Part shown: positions 1 to 15,296 of the stretch, piece after piece
Numbering within the stretch: the stretch's first letter is position 1
Layout: each line of letters begins with the position of its first letter
Source of the DNA: the human T2T-CHM13v2.0 reference genome, Homo sapiens
Length of the DNA: 64,000 nucleotides
Assembly (NCBI RefSeq): GCF_009914755.1
Contig: NC_060926.1
Strand: one strand, 5' to 3'
The notes under the pieces: generated by a model
What the model saw: the letters and a program-made list of their open reading frames with translations, nothing else
Database searches by the model: none
Told to the model about the DNA's origin: nothing
Program-made: the position numbers and the translations under genes

Positions 1-423
1 TCAAACACTGAGATCTTGACTATTTAGTTGGACGGCTTCTTACATATCAAATAGAATGTAGAATGGCTGAGGTGGCAGAAATCCCACGTGTATGCAGACA
101 GTCCTGGAGCTTGGCCAGGGTTCATGGATGGGGTGATCATTAGTGAAAACGCCACTAAGAAACCCATGGAGCCCTGTGGTGGGAGATCCAAGCAGGCAAC
201 CAGGAGCAGGAGTTTCTCAGCTAGTTTTAATGTTTACATTTTAGACAACAATATTAGATTGCTAATGTTTTATTTTGACAAGTAAGAACAAGTATTTCAT
301 CAACTGCCATCATCCTACAATTTTTATAAGATATTTAACACACATACATACACACCAATTAGTACGAATATAATCTCAGGAGAAAAACAAGAATAATTCT
401 TTAAATAACCCTGTGACAAATGT

Positions 424-459
424 ATTAGATTTCTATAGCGCATTAGATTTCTATAGCGC
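424..459. repeat. 18-bp perfect tandem duplication
   Basis: attagatttctatagcgc x2. Confidence 0.9.
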
Positions 460-1231
460 ACATCTGTAGCTTTTGACTATCCAGCCCCTTAGCTCATTTG
501 GAGTACTGTACCTCTCACATGCCATATATTCCTGAAAGACTCCTCAATTTGGGTACCTTTCAGCTCCATCCCCATCCTTACTCCCACGCCTGCTGCAGAT
601 ATAGGCACAAGACCCGCCTCTGGTCAGTCAGGGTTCCGGAATCCCACTGACTCTGGGAAAGGACACATGATTCAAGCAAGGCCACTCAGAGCCTTTCCTG
701 GGACTGACGTGTAGATGCTGGGAGAAAGGAGCCATCTTTCCCCTGTGGCTGTTTAGGTACTATACTATAGGGCAGGGGCTGCCACAGGCAGTTCTGTGCC
801 ATGGATGGAACCGGCCATCGTAGAAAGAAAAGCAAATGTGAGAGGCTGAGAGGAGACCCTGACGAGACCACAAAGCCCCTAGATACACATGTACTTCACA
901 CTAGCTCCATCTATCCTGCCCAGTTATATGAACCAACAAATTCCCTTTGGATTTTCACCACCCAGAAACAACAAAGTCATCCCTTTTTTTCATTTTGCTT
1001 CTTTCTGGAGAAACTTCATATTGAATGACATTAGTCAGAAGATTAGCATTTGAGAACGGGATATCATGAGAAGGTGTTTTTTGCAAACACAAAAAGACAA
1101 GAGAAGCCAAAATAATGTTTTTTCCTTTCCCTTTCTTCTTTTTCATCTCTTTCCTTGTCATTTCTTGATTAAATATCTTCATCTCCACATGTGTTTGCTA
1201 GAGAAACTGGAAGGAAAAGAGCAGAAAAGAA

Positions 1232-1365
1232 GCCAGGTGCAGTGGCATGCACCTGTAGTCCCAGCTACTCAGGAGGCTGAAGCAGGAGGATCACTTGAGT
1301 CCAGGAGTTCAAGATCAGCCTGGACAACACAGTGAGACCCCATCTCTAAAATAATAATAATAATC
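1232..1365 (+). mobile_element. Free left Alu monomer (FLAM)
   Basis: Single Alu arm ending ...gagaccccatctct with a (TAA)n tail. Confidence 0.8.
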
Positions 1366-1554
1366 TTTTAAAAATTATTTTTAAGAACCAGAAAAAATGA
1401 ACAGCAAATACTGGAGGAATATAAGCAAGGGAAAACAAATAGAAAACAGAGGGGGAGGATAAGAGCAAGAAAAAGGTCCTCAGGGTCATTCCAAGTTCAT
1501 CTGATACTGATATCGAAAGATTTCAGACCAAATTCTGAGCCAGTCTCATCTCAG

Positions 1555-1620
1555 TCTCCCCTCTTTCTCTCTCTCTCTCTCTTCCTCTCTCTCTCTCTCT
1601 CCCTCCATCCCTCTTTTTCT
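1555..1620. repeat. (CT)n microsatellite
   Basis: Direct reading. Confidence 0.9.
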
Positions 1621-1943
1621 TCCTGCCACTGAACCAAATAAGTGCCTGAAAATCTCAATTTGGCCTACTTCCTACACATCTAAAACTTAGAAAAAAGGAA
1701 ATTCTTAACATTCTAAACGGACTCAATTTGAAAAGAACCACTGTGGAATATTACCAAGAAAACGCTGTAAAAATGAGCATGAGGCCTTACAAAAAAAGTA
1801 GTTTTGATGCTTATAAAGTACATTATTTTAGTCTTAAAAGGGTACCATGGATGTAATAACAAATAATTTTTATTAAGAAAAATAATGATTCAAATCTTCA
1901 TAGAAGTCCTTGCTGGACTTGAAAATATTTATGTTTCTCATAG

Positions 1944-2072
1944 GTGGCCAGCCATGAGCTAAAAATACCCATGTCCTATATGCACATCTGTGAAACGAGC
2001 ACAGCAACAGTGCCCAATACAATTGCTACAGCAGCGTCTATCGGTGCAGATGTCAACGGCAGAGCTGTGCAG
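1944..2072 (+). pseudogene. AOX2P: AOX2P exon 28 (129 nt)
   Basis: tag|GTG...CAG|gtgagt; VASHELKIPMSYMHICETSTATVPNTIATAASIGADVNGRAVQ. Confidence 0.92.
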
Positions 2073-3463
2073 GTGAGTCTTCCTGTCTCTCCTTGGTGTG
2101 CCTCTCCCACATCCCTGGTTTTTATGACTAGATACAGGTACAATAGTTGACTTCAGAGAAGTCATCTGTGTCACTACACATAGTCTGAGGTAACTAAAAT
2201 GTTGGGAGAGTGTATTTGGAGTAGGCTAAATTGAGATGACAGACCCAAAATGTAAAGGCTCAAACACAGTAAAAGTCCCTTTCTTGTACACATATCAGTC
2301 CCGAGCATTGTTTGGTCATTCGAGCACCCAAATTGATGGAGGCTCCACCATCTTCAACATGTGGTGTGCCAAGTTGCCCTGGGTGTCATCATTCCAGTGA
2401 GCATGGAGGAGCCGGTGTGGAAGACTCTGAGCCAGATCTGGAAGTGATGCAAGTCATTTCCACACACAGTCCATTAGCAGAACCAGTTTCGGGCTATGTC
2501 TAACTGCAACGGAGGTTGGGAAATGTAGAATAGTGGGAAACCGTATGTCCAGCTGCTATGGAAGAAGGAGAGAATGGATTTTGGTGAACAGGCAGTCTCT
2601 GTTCCTAGGAGACACAGCAAGAAGAAATTTGGCTACCAAGTAATGCAGAGCTGTGCAAGTTTCCTCCAGCATAAACAAGTGCTTGCAGGCAGATAGGCAG
2701 GCAGACCCCAGCCAAGGAGACAGGGTGCAATAGAAGCATTGTCTTCAGTGGTATTCTACCGAGTACTTAGAGCTTTTCTTTGTACTTATTTTTTTAACTG
2801 AATTTTTTTAAATTGCTAAATTTTCACTGTCTCAGAATAGAATCATGACTTCATATTCCTTAATTCAAATATCTGATTGCATGTACTTTTGAAATATATC
2901 TATTTGTCATGTTTCTGTTGCAAACTGTTCACTTTTCCACTGGGATATTGTGGTGAGCCATATTTTCCCAGAATGCTGCAATGATGCCACCAACAGGAAC
3001 CCCTTTCAAATCAGTCCTAATTTTGTGGTGATACCTCTTAAGGAATCAAAAAGCAAACACTCTTTTTTGCTCAGAACAAATGTGTAAGAAACCTCAAATG
3101 CATGAGATCTAATTTGGAGTAGGGTCAAACACAAGAGAGGAACAGCTCAGAGTGTATGGGAGTTGTCAGCCCAAAATAAGTGTCAATCCATCTTCTAGAG
3201 TATTAAGTTTTAGGTTTCTGTTAAAGATCAGAAAATTTGTGGTCTAGGTCATTATAAAGTAAATTTAATTGTTTTCTCATTTCATACCCAAAGCCAAGGA
3301 CTTTGTTGTAGTAGTTTGATGGTGGTCGAATGAACAGATGGAGGGAGAGATCAGACACAGGGGGATTCTGGCATGTCATTGTTACAGACTGGAAAGCACA
3401 AATTTTAATGAAAATAGGATGTTTATTCCATTTATTTTAATAGCCATAAAATACAAAAGAAAT

Positions 3464-4095
<632 letters not shown>

Positions 4096-4381
4096 GAGAG
4101 AGAGAGAGAAGTTAAGAACCTGAATATTCTAAGAAAGAGGTTCTGAGAGTAGAAATTCAGCTGAACCCATATTTTCACAGGAAGTGAGCCAAGAAGGGGA
4201 AAAAATAACCTCCAGTAACTGATACTGTTATCAAGGGCAGGAGTTGTGTTACCGATTTTTCAGGATCACGCACTCCATAGCACTTGCTGACCTAATCAGT
4301 GAACATTTGTTCACACAAATGGTAACCACCAGAACCACTGGGCTCTTCTCTAATGTGGATTCCATTCTTTACTACTTCAAG

Positions 4382-4456
4382 AATGCTTGTCAGATCCTTC
4401 TGAAACGCCTTGAGCCCATCATTAAGAAACATCCGGAAGGTAAATGGGAAGACTGG
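4382..4456 (+). pseudogene. AOX2P: AOX2P exon 29 (75 nt) with mutated donor
   Basis: aag|AAT...TGG|ataagt; [25 protein letters not shown]; the donor reads AT instead of GT. Confidence 0.9.
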
Positions 4457-5259
4457 ATAAGTGTTCCACTCCCTTTGAAATGAGAAAACAATGTAAACCA
4501 GTACTCAGACAGCACCACAGCATGCACAGCCATCACACACAGAGACAGTTCCTCTAAGTGTCACAGTGATGGAGCATGCCCCCTGTTTCTTCCCCAGTTG
4601 AATGGATTTCTGCAAATAGGCAGGATCTCTAAAGGTTGAGAAGGCTACTCCAGGATGTATACCAGGTGTGTATGGAGAAAGCACACAGGAAACAGCAATC
4701 ACTAGAAGGAGAAATAGAAGTGTATGAAGAATACACTCTGCTCAAGTAAGAAATAAGAGGAAAAGAATGAGCCTTCCTAAGCCACACACACACACATACA
4801 CACACACACAGGCAAGCACGATGTTTTGGGTAGGTTAGGAGGAAAACTAAAAGGCCTATTTGCTCTTGAATATGGCTCAAAGGAGATGACTAAGTTAATC
4901 CAACTTTACAATATCCTGTGACTTTTTTCATTGGAGCAATTATTTCACATTTACACACACGCTTACTGTAAAGTTCTAACATTTAGAAATGAAGTCCAAA
5001 TACCTTGTGCACTGAGTCCCTATCTCATGGATGTGCAGCAGGATTCTATTTTATGTTTGTTCAATCCAGACTTCTAAACTCAATCAGAAGGAAATTGTTA
5101 GTGTGCCAATTAAGGAAAAATAATATGATGACGAGTTCTATTATTGGTAGCAAAGCACCAGCAACAATTATGAGATGTCAATTTTAGATTGGACATTTCT
5201 GTTTTCACCTAGCAGATGGTATATTTGTTTTGCTTTAACTAAATATGCCCATTCTGCAG

Positions 5260-5312
5260 ATAGAAGCTGCATTTGAACAAAGAATCAGTCTCTCAGCCAC
5301 TGGATACTTCAG
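5260..5312 (+). pseudogene. AOX2P: AOX2P exon 30 (53 nt)
   Basis: cag|ATA...AG|gtaaac; IEAAFEQRISLSATGYF(R). Confidence 0.92.
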
Positions 5313-5369
5313 GTAAACATCACAATAATATCTTGACGTAGCTAAGAAAATAAGAGGTAACTCAATCAC

Positions 5370-6004
5370 TGTTGATGGCTGTTGTAATACTTTGGTTCTT
5401 GTCGTCTTAGTTTAAAAGAATTTAAACAAGAGACACAGCAAAGCAAAACAACAACAACAACAAAAAGAGACACACAGCAAAAGATGTGCAGCATAGAGTA
5501 ATTTATTGCAAAAAAAAAAAAAGAATATTTTGAAAATGAGGTGCAGAGTAGACAGTACACCCTGAGAGAGAATTCAGGGCAGGCTGTCCGTAAGGATGAG
5601 ACAGCAAAAACTGGTATTGCGGACGCTCCCTTTATGGGGATCTTACATGATTATTCATATTGGTGGGAAGAGGTGTTACTAGTAAGCACGTTCTGGATGG
5701 TCTTCTGGGTGCACATGTGCAGCTGTACATGCGTGTTCATACATCACATGTCTCATTAGTATCTTAAATCTCCACCCAGAGGTGTGTTTTTTACTATTAA
5801 AATAATTTGATTTTACCTGAGGACAGGTAAAATCAAAGTGTGCATGCCCTCTACAGGGGAAATTCCCTACTGAAGATAACTTTGTTTGAATGAGTGCGAT
5901 TACAATGGAAATGCTGAAGCTTTCGTGTTGATTGTGCCGTCACCACAGTGCTGGTGCTGCGTCCAGAGAACGTGGTCACTTTCTTGACTATCTATGCTGC
6001 CTCA
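5370..6004 (-). mobile_element. ERV1 MER4-group solo LTR (MER66-like)
   Basis: TG...CA ends; the minus strand begins TGAGGCAGCATAGATAGTCAAGAAAGTGACC; minus-strand AATAAA near 5503. Subfamily from recall. Confidence 0.6.
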
Positions 6005-6965
6005 ACTCTGGGCCGCAGGTCCCTCATTTGTAAAATACATTTTTATTGTATGATTGCTGAGGTCCCTTCTAGGCCCAAAATTCTATGATTTCACATAGGC
6101 CTTTCAGTTATGTCCAAAAAAAAAATTAAACAATAAAACACCCTTATTGGGGAAAAAAATTAGATGCTTGACTTACAACAGCTAATCCTTATAATCATTA
6201 TTTACTATTTATTTAATCATTACTTACAATATCTAATCATTATTTACTATTCTTTATCATGAATAGTAAAAATATATTATCATTAGAAATGACTTGCATC
6301 TCAATTTTACAAATCTCCCTCCTTTTACCATAAAACCTGTCTATTTTGAAGCTCCGTACTAGACAAGGGAGAATGGGTGGATGATAATCACCAGTCATTG
6401 TCAAATTCAAAAAGCATGTGACATTAGTTTTACAGTCTAATGAAACAAACCACCAAACAATAGATACACACACACACACACACACAGAGAACAGTAAAGC
6501 AAATCCTCATGAAGAATGAGGAAATAAGGAGGTAACAGCCCAGCCTAGAGCCTTGTACCTAATGAGTTCTAAATTCCTAAGTTCAGTTACCTAAGAAGAG
6601 AGCAAACCAGCCCTCTATCTGAATATATCTTCTATTATAAATTAATGCATTGAATTACCAGTCCTTTTTTACCAACCCTGAATTACCATCAGCTCCCTGT
6701 GAGTTTGGTTAGCACTATCCATGGGGTCCCTTTGGGAAGAGTGGTCCCAGGGGGACTACTGATAAAATTCAACTGAGGTTCTCAGTGGGCAGGCAGGCTA
6801 AAGCTCAAATCCTTTGTGGTCAAGATACAGGCACACTGTGAGGTCCGGTCCCAAACAATCTATTGGCTTCTCCCTCTTTTTGACATCCTAACTGTGGCAC
6901 AAGGAATGTCCTCTTTAAATGAGTTTAAAAGGCAATTGAAATGAACATAAATCAAATGAAATGCT

Positions 6966-7133
6966 GTACTTACCTGGCAGGGGAGATACTGTGATTCTGA
7001 AGGTGGTTTTCCTAGAGTGAGGCTTATCTTACCTATTTTACTCCAGAAATGCTGACCCCTGTGATTTCCCCAAATGTAGGAAACTCAACTGCATAATTTA
7101 TGATAATGGGAGACTGTATTTGTGCCCTCCCTG
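6966..7133 (+). pseudogene. U1 snRNA retropseudogene in AOX2P intron 30
   Basis: gTACTTACCTGGCAGGGGAGATAC...TTTCCCCAAATGTAGGAAACTCAACTGCATAATTT...; many substitutions, a 5-nt insertion, an A tail and a decayed TSD. Confidence 0.92.
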
Positions 7134-7239
7134 GCAAAAAAAGAAAACGAAACACTACCATAAAACCTTGGTAACTTTTAAAATAAATCAACATTCTATC
7201 TCCCCAGCTCAAGCTAAAAGGCTTTATTTCTTCCGTCAG

Positions 7240-7354
7240 GGGCTACAAGGCCTTCATGGACTGGGAGAAGGGGGTGGGGGACCCATTTCCTTACTATGTC
7301 TGCAGAGCTGCCTGTTCTGAGGTTGAAATTGACTGCCTGACAGGTGCTCACAAG
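7240..7354 (+). pseudogene. AOX2P: AOX2P exon 31 (115 nt)
   Basis: cag|G...AAG|gtaagt; [38 protein letters not shown]. Confidence 0.92.
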
Positions 7355-9130
7355 GTAAGTCAAGTCTAACTTTCCTCTTGGCAAATCAAAACAACAAAAG
7401 TGTGTTGTATAGTAAATAGCCCAATTCCATTATGTAATTCTCTTATAACAAGAACAAGATTCTTTCAATTCCATGGGAGGGTCCAGAGATCTAGCCTTAT
7501 CCTGAATTTCCACTTAAAAAGACAATATAGTAGTCAAAAATGAATTGCTGATGACAGTCTAAAATGTATTAAATTTCTTATTTCATTTAGACAACAAAAT
7601 CACTTTCCAAGATTTCTCCCCCAAAAAAGCTTCTATTTATAAAGAAAAAACACATTTTCTAATCTGAAGGAATAACTAACTTAGTAAATAGTCTTGAGCA
7701 AACATTTTGAAAGCACATAGCAATGTGCTGTTTCTCCAAAGTCAATTATCCAAAAAGTATTACTGGAACAGATTTTGGGGGAAGAGAGGTATTAAAATAA
7801 TTGTTACATTTTCTATTTAATTGAACAGCCAAGAAACCACACATTGGAGACAGGGAATCATACTTAACCCAAAATTAACAACTTGCATTATAAAGGATGC
7901 AATTTTACCCAAGGGCCTTGGAATAAATCCCTAAAGATATGAAACTTATGAGGATCTTCCAGAATTTATGATGCTAGAAAAGTCAAAATGTGGTCTTTTC
8001 TGTGCCTTTCAGTTTACATTTACAGTTTAAGGTTCAATAATTTCAGTATCACTTTGATCCCTTAAAATAGTTTATTTCTTAAAGAGGCAAAACTTCTTTT
8101 AACTAAAGAGAAATCAGAGAAATTCAGTGACAGGCCTGTTGCAGCTGGCCATTTGTGGTTGGTGAACTAAATCATCCATCAACTCAGTGTTAGTGCACAG
8201 CCATCTCTTTCCACTGTCCAGCACTTATAGTGCAAAACACACCAGGTTTCAAGGTAGAAGTAAACTGAAGGCCCACTCTGAGGTGTGTCCAATCTCCCTC
8301 CCTATCCAGGTTGAGGATAGATGAAGGCTGGTCCCAATGCCCAGAGTAGGTTGTCCAAGAGGCCAAGGTTTGAGTCAAAAGAGAATTGCCAAGTCCAAAA
8401 GGCTAGATAGAAAGTAGGAGCCCAGGTATTGAGCCCAAACAGAGAATGATGATCTTGTCAGAGCAAGCACTGGGAAATGGGGGGCAGAAGGGAAGCCCTG
8501 AGACACTCCGGAGATAGGCCACAGGCACTTAGGGGCTTTTAGTGGCTCCTTAATAACCTGCAGGCCCATGCCCAGTGCCAAAACAAGGGCCAGATTCATG
8601 TGATGCTTCTCAGAGAAGGAAGTAGATTAGCAAATCAAAGGTGGTCTCAACATTTGCCATGAATACCTTCCAAGATCTTGCAAATCCACAAACTCATACA
8701 TGCCAGTATGGCTCTAGGATTTTCACAGTAAAATGGCAATAGTACCACCTGCCACAGATTATCATGAGGACTACATGAGCTCATAAATTATATTCCAACA
8801 ACAAATTCAGGTTGAGAATCAGATGAACAACCAGGCACAACAATTATTTACCAAGTGACTCACTCAGACACACTAGCATGTCATGGACTTTGGAGTCACT
8901 TAAGAGGAGTCAAAACCATGAATGTACAAGATCTTCCAGGGTCATGGACAGTCCTGGCACTAAATTTGAAGAGTTCAGCAGGCATCTTAACAGCTCTAAT
9001 GTTGACAGGGTTCAATGCAGTGTTAATTAGCCAGCAGGAGTTCTGGAAAAACTGGAGATCATTTGAGTATACCTGAAAATGATACTTTTAATTCAAATTT
9101 TTATGGTGAGGTAATTTTTATTTTGGGCAG

Positions 9131-9196
9131 AAAATCAGAACGGACATCATCATGGATGCATGTTGCAGCCTAAATCCAGCCATTGATATTGGGCAG
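9131..9196 (+). pseudogene. AOX2P: AOX2P exon 32 (66 nt)
   Basis: cag|AAA...CAG|gtaggt; KIRTDIIMDACCSLNPAIDIGQ. Confidence 0.93.
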
Positions 9197-9308
9197 GTAG
9201 GTGCTGGCCCATCTGGGCAGATGCCCCTTCCTGGGAGTCATTTCAGGGTAGGTAAAGGCCTTCTAAAAATGACACAATGTCACAAAGCTTGAAATTGTCC
9301 CCCTCCAG

Positions 9309-9497
9309 ATTGAAGGTTTGTTTATTCAGGGAATGGGGCTTTATACCACTGAAGAACTGAAATATTCCCCAGAAGGTGTCCTGTACTCTCGGAGCCCAGA
9401 TGAGTACAAAATTCCAACCATCACTGATGTCCCAGAGGAGTTCAATGTCTCCTTGCTGCCATCATCACAAACCCCACTAACCATCTATTCGTCTAAG
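9309..9497 (+). pseudogene. AOX2P: AOX2P exon 33 (189 nt)
   Basis: cag|ATT...AAG|gtaagc; [23 protein letters not shown]...IYSSK. Confidence 0.93.
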
Positions 9498-10932
9498 GTA
9501 AGCATCCAAACCTACCACTGCACGGTGTCATGGATCAGGTAGCACAGGACAGATGAAAGCAGGTGGACAAAATAGTAAATCAATGTTAACTGTTATCAGG
9601 AACAAATCATTATAGACTGCTAGAATTTGGAGATGACTCACCCATGGCAATCGTGAGCCAAGAATTTTAATAATTTCCTCTTTCACTGAAAACTCTAAAA
9701 CTCGCCAAAAAGCTTTGACTTCTTAATAGAATAACACTTTTACTTAAGACCCTGAAGACTATAATATTAAACAGGATTGGAGGCGCAATGCGACTGAAAT
9801 CCTAGCAGTGGCAGCATGGACAGAACCCTGGACTGAGGTCGCAGAAGACCTGCGTTCCTGCCACAGCCCTATCCCCTCCCCATGGTCTTAGGCAAATCAC
9901 TCACCTCTGAGGGGCTCAGGGTCCTCACCATACCCAGAAATGCATCTAGAACAGTGGTTCTCAACTGGGAGTGGGGGAAGTGGGGGAAGTGATTTTGTAC
10001 AAGGCAGCCCCCGACCCCATTACAAAGAATTATCTGGCACAAAATGTTACTAGCATCAGAAAGCAAAGACATCAACCCTTAATAATTGCTAAAGTAATGA
10101 AACTGCAAATTAAAATAAAGATCATTATTTGTTTGCCTTGCTATATGCAGATTACGTGAAAACCACCCTCAGAGTAAAAACTTCATCTAGGGTTGAGATG
10201 TATTGTTAAAGTTTCTTGACTCCTCTTAAGATATTAAAATCTTTCCTGGCCATGGTGGTGCACATCTATAGCTCCAGCTACTCAGGAGGCTGAAGCAGGG
10301 GATTGCTTGAGCCCAGGAATTCAAGACCAGCCTGGGTAATCAATAAATAAGATCTTTTGGGAGACTTCTTGCTAGTACCCATCCTCCAAAAAAAAAAAAA
10401 AGTATCCAACTCCATCTGTAGAAATTTCATCATGTCCAAACTGGATCCCACTGTCAGCCCAGGAACACCAGGAACTTCCTCTAGACCTATAGTGATGAGG
10501 TCAGGGCAAACCTGAAAGGAAGGACAATCAATGGGGCCTTTGGATTCTCATCGAACTGGAAATCACTCTAAGGGGAAAAGGCAAAAGGGAGCTAAGAGCC
10601 CACAGAGAGCAGCTTTTAAGCCACCAAGAGTAACACAGGGCAGAAAGGACTCTTGAGTCCTTGTAGTTGCAGACAGCCACTCACAAGCAGACACTCAGGA
10701 AAATCATGGGTTTGCAGGTCCCACATGGAGGGTACTATGTAGAAACAACAGAGAGCTACCAGGCACCGGGAGCTGTGCTAGGTGCTTTTGCGTTTCCTGA
10801 TCCTTGCAACACCCAATAAAGTTGGCATCACTGCCCACACTTCACTGACAAAGGAACAGAGGAGATTATCTCACTTACCCAGAGAAACACGGGGAGTAAG
10901 GGCCAGGATTCAGACTCAGTCTCACTAACTTA

Positions 10933-11261
10933 AGGGTCACAAATTGGTGGTCTACTGGCTAAATCTAGCCTGAAGATGTACTTTTCTTTGGCCTACACAG
11001 TGTTTTTACAAGTCAGGGAATTTTACTTTAAAATACAGATATCTAAATTCTCTTGAGAAAATGGATGATCTGGTAATTTTGGCTGCATTCTTGGAAAGGC
11101 AACAACTAACTACAACCAAAGAACAGCTGCCCTTATAGACAGGACATGGGGGTGCTCTTCCTCACCTTACTTTCCACTGCTCCTTATTGTCCTTCATCTG
11201 CCTGCATCACTCATTGACAATACCTGCCTGTTCCTTGCAGATGATGGGTTTACAACCTTTC
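10933..11261 (+). mobile_element. hAT-Charlie MER102-like DNA transposon relic within MIR
   Basis: Degenerate terminal inverted repeats agggtcacaaa...tttacaacctt. Confidence 0.5.
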
Positions 11262-11519
11262 ATCTGGTATCAAAGTCTGTACTCTTTCTTCTAGAGTACC
11301 CTGCCTATCCTGACCCTGAAGTTGAAAAAGGCATTTTTCTCTCTGCTGATAAAACTGGCTAGTTCAATCCATTGAATGTGTTTTACTAAATAGGGTACTT
11401 TCCCATTACCACGCAAAGACACTCATACACACACACATACACACATACATACCTTTCCTAGGGAACAAAATTTAACCCAGACGGGATTCAAGATCTGGGA
11501 AATTCAGATTATGCTGGGA

Positions 11520-11835
<316 letters not shown>

Positions 11836-12031
11836 TATGCTGGGATTTTTAAGACTACTCAAGCTTCTGATTCAGTCAGTAAGTCAGCCAACAAACATTT
11901 ATTGAGAAGATTTTGTGTACAAAACACTGTGCAGGGGTTGGGGACACAATGGTGAACGAGACCTGGCCCCTACCCTCTAGAAACTTGTAGTGTAGTATGG
12001 AAGTTTCTTAAACCAATGTGCCTTCTTACAG

Positions 12032-12199
12032 GGCCTCGGGGAGTCTGGGATGTTCCTGGGGTCATCTGTGTTCTTTGCCATTGCTGACGCTGTGGCCGCA
12101 GTGCGAAGAGAAAGAGACATAGCTGAGGACTTCACGGTGAAGAGCCCAGCAACGCCAGAATGGGTTCGAATGGCCTGTGCAGATCGATTCACAGAAATG
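12032..12199 (+). pseudogene. AOX2P: AOX2P exon 34 (168 nt) containing the catalytic Glu motif
   Basis: cag|GGC...ATG|gtagga; [21 protein letters not shown]...[19 protein letters not shown]. Confidence 0.93.
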
Positions 12200-12439
12200 G
12201 TAGGAAATTGTTTATTTTCCTAAAAGGTGATTTGTCTATTTCCTGCTTCTTAGACCTCTTGGGTAAATGTATAACCTAAGCTGTGTCTAGCTAATCAAAT
12301 TATGAAATGAAAAAAGCAAATCACACAAATACACCTTGTATACATGTAGTAATTTTAACTTTTAAAAAAGTATTTCCCAAGTGTTAATTTGATCATCTTA
12401 GCAACCCTGAAGTATGATAATTTATTAATATCATGCTGC

Positions 12440-12743
<304 letters not shown>

Positions 12744-14963
12744 GTATATATATTAAAAATGCTGCAAAAACTAATAGCTAAATGGAAAGGAACTGACTGA
12801 TTTCTCCAAACAGTGGTTAAGTATTCCCTCCCTCTATCCTACCAACTCCATCCTGCCCTTCAACAAAAACAAACACACACATACAGAAATCCATGTGTCA
12901 TATAGCCATATTTGATAATGTCACTTTCTGTGTTCCCTATACAGAGAGTATACACAGACTGCCTGTCATTTAGAAGTAGGGTGATCCCATTGCAAGCTAC
13001 TGCCTTTCTCCTTCATTCTGTTTCATACCAATGCCTCCAAGCCCGGGAGAGGGAGGCCTAGGGAGTTATCCATGGGGATACACACATGGCAAATCCCACC
13101 TGCTGAAGGTTACAGATAAGCAACTTCCCAGAGGTCATCGAGCCTCGCCTTTGCCAATTTCCTAAGCATCCTAATTTAAGTAATACCAGGTAGCATTACG
13201 TGACTGAGCACCAAACTAAACATTTTACACGTATTAGTCATTACAGCAACTCTATCAGGTAACTGCTGGTATTTTCTTCATTTTACTATTGAGGAAATAG
13301 GTGCAATAACTTTCCCAAGATCACACACCTAGCATTTGGGGGCCAAGATTCAAACCCAGGCTGCCTGGCTTCACTATAATATATGGTCTCTCAGAGAGAA
13401 AAGAGTTGATTCTCCACTTCTTAAAAGGCAATTTCTATTTTCAAATCTATATTAAAAGAAGCCCAAATACTTAACTGACCTCTTCAAAATAACCAACCAT
13501 AGAGTGAAAAGATCTTATAGAAATATTGCTTAAAAGGAAGTGTCATAATTATTAATTTCCTTCCCCTACATAACCTATTCCTATTTCCATCTTCAAATCT
13601 AACTCAACAATATTTCTTATACTCCAATAATACCAGTCACCCTGTAATTTCCCTCCAAGTCTTCTCCCAGTCTATGGATCTGACCCTCATCTGATTCCAT
13701 TGTCTACAGCAATGATTACAATCACCTGCCTCTGGACAGATGCCCTCCTCAGATGGGCAGGGCCGGGAAACCAGCACCCTCCACCCACTCCAGGAACTCC
13801 TCTGTGCGGATCTTGGCCTAGAGGTCAGTCATCTGTCCGTTCCTGACTCTGCTGGTGACGTGATCACTGTAGAATGGTGTCATCTCATACCCCAAAAGCA
13901 TAAGCACTTCTGACCTTTAAAAAATGTTCTTATTCACATTTTGCAATAATAAATACCCTCTTCTGGAATGGGGCAGATTAAGAAAACTAAAAAACACAAA
14001 AAACAAAAATATACTTCTAATCTTCCTTTCTTGCCTGAGGTTAATGTTTTCAGTCTTCCAATGGTCTGGCTCCTAGAAAATGAATTCCTTCATGTCTAAG
14101 ATTTCGGGCTGTTTTGAATAGTCCAGTTGTCTGGCAAAGTAGCTCTGTCACATACAATGGTAAGAAGTGAAACACTTTGATTTCATTTACCATTTGGGAC
14201 TTAGCTTCTTAGCTACCTGGTCCATATGATGAAACCATATTTTCTCTCAAGTCTGATGGTTCCTTGATAAGACTAACATATCTTTGCAGATATAAATCAT
14301 CTACTAATTTGTGCCCATCAATCAAATGCTCAATGTTAGAATAACCTAGCATTTTCTAAAATACTCGTAGATAAATGGTTTATAAATATCACTTCATGTT
14401 ATAACCTATGTTTGCTATTTTAGACCTCCTTTTAATAACATACATTGCATTTCGTCTTTGTAAAAGTAACATATGTCCGTTACTGAAAAATTAGAAAATG
14501 CTGAAAAGAATAAGGTGAAGTTAAAATCAGCCATAATCCCACCAACCAGAACTAACTATAACCATGTTTTGGAGTGTGAGCGTGCATGTGTGTGTGTGTG
14601 TGTGTGTACATTTTTAACCATCCTTTAATTTATATGTTTATATGTACAATATATCTTATTTGTAAACTCATTTAATAAAATCAGGATATCCCTGACGTAA
14701 GTCTTGAAAAGATTTGAACAGTATAATTGGGAATGACTCTGCTGAGCCTCAGTCACAGAAAAATCTGGATTGGGAATTTCATGGGAAAAGTATCCCATGA
14801 AGCATCACTCAAAAAATAGTTGCTTAAACACAAAAAGAGAATACCTGGCCAAACTCATTTATCCTACAACTCTTAATCTTTGTCTATAGCTACTGGAATA
14901 AATTTGAGGGGTGAGGGCAGGACAGAATGTTTAACTTTTCAATAATAAGCCCCTTGTTATTAA

Positions 14964-15296
<333 letters not shown>

